Of a stretch of 64,000 nt of DNA, positions 63,459 to 64,000 are shown piece by piece. The notes beneath the pieces were generated by a model that saw only the letters and a program-made list of their open reading frames with translations, was not told the origin of the DNA and did no database searches. A program made the translations under genes and the position numbers. This stretch comes from Octopus bimaculoides. Taxonomy: Eukaryota. Position 1 is the stretch's first letter; each line of letters begins with the position of its first letter. The stretch spans positions 133,801,496-133,865,495 of the forward strand of contig NC_068984.1 of the NCBI RefSeq assembly GCF_001194135.2, given 5' to 3'.

Positions 63459-64000
63459 CCAGCAGCAGCAGCAGCGGCAGCAGAAGCAGCAGCAGCACCA
63501 CCACCACCACCACCACCACCACCACCATTTTAATGTCCGTTTTCCATACTGGCATGGGTCATTTTACTAATTCTTTAAATCCTTCTGGCATTACATTTGC
63601 AGAGAACGCATTGGTGCCATCATAATACTTATTACTAACATAAGTTTAAATGATTATATTAATGACTTTACCTACATTGATTACAATATCTATCAATCTG
63701 TGATTCTTATTATACTATCTATCCACTTTACTAAGAGAAGAATAGCTACATTGCTAGAACCAAATTCCTCCAATATTGTAAACAAGTTTGCTGAGATATT
63801 CAGCTGGCACTTAACATCTATAGAATATGTAGTTAAGATCTTTTGCTGTTCAAACGACTGACTACAGGTAATTAGTCAATCCTGAATTACATACAGCAGT
63901 GACAACACTTCTTGTCTCAATATTTTTCATATAAATTTGCTGTGAAAACACACAAACACTTCTTAACATTGGTGCAAAACATAGAAATTGAATTAGAGCT

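Noticed and set aside
1-64000. CRISPR arrays, rRNA or prokaryotic operons
   Set aside because: None seen; the sequence is intron-rich eukaryotic DNA.

Overview
AT-rich, microsatellite- and SINE-dense eukaryotic scaffold with 13 N-gaps. The tRNA-derived SINE families and composition look like an octopus (coleoid cephalopod) genome; that is inference from recall, not a search. The ORF track is mostly noise, but reading splice sites gives one frame-consistent + strand gene of 9 exons (3688-3797, 10843-10904, 12880-13094, 16061-16738, ~17196/17228-17269, 21233-21481, 53396-53551, 56206-56358, 58450-58566). It encodes SEA domain - Ser/Thr/Asn-rich stalk - Frizzled CRD - LDLa - LDLa, a corin-like / type II membrane protease-type mosaic protein whose start and end lie outside the window. 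The CRD is split by a ~32 kb intron. That intron holds a second, intronless, same-strand ORF (40718-41584) for a candidate type I membrane protein, inside a ~9 kb microsatellite island lacking young SINEs. The introns also carry six minimal hammerhead-ribozyme-like motifs of four sequence families linked to Penelope-like elements, several foldback elements and MITEs with readable TSDs, a MITE that appears to have captured DNA from 2 kb away, two R4/Dong-type LINEs in an (AAT)n array, and Tc1/mariner, CR1/L2 and RTE fossils. CpG density drops visibly after ~36 kb. Exon and TIR coordinates were counted by hand; SINE and LINE boundaries are approximate.
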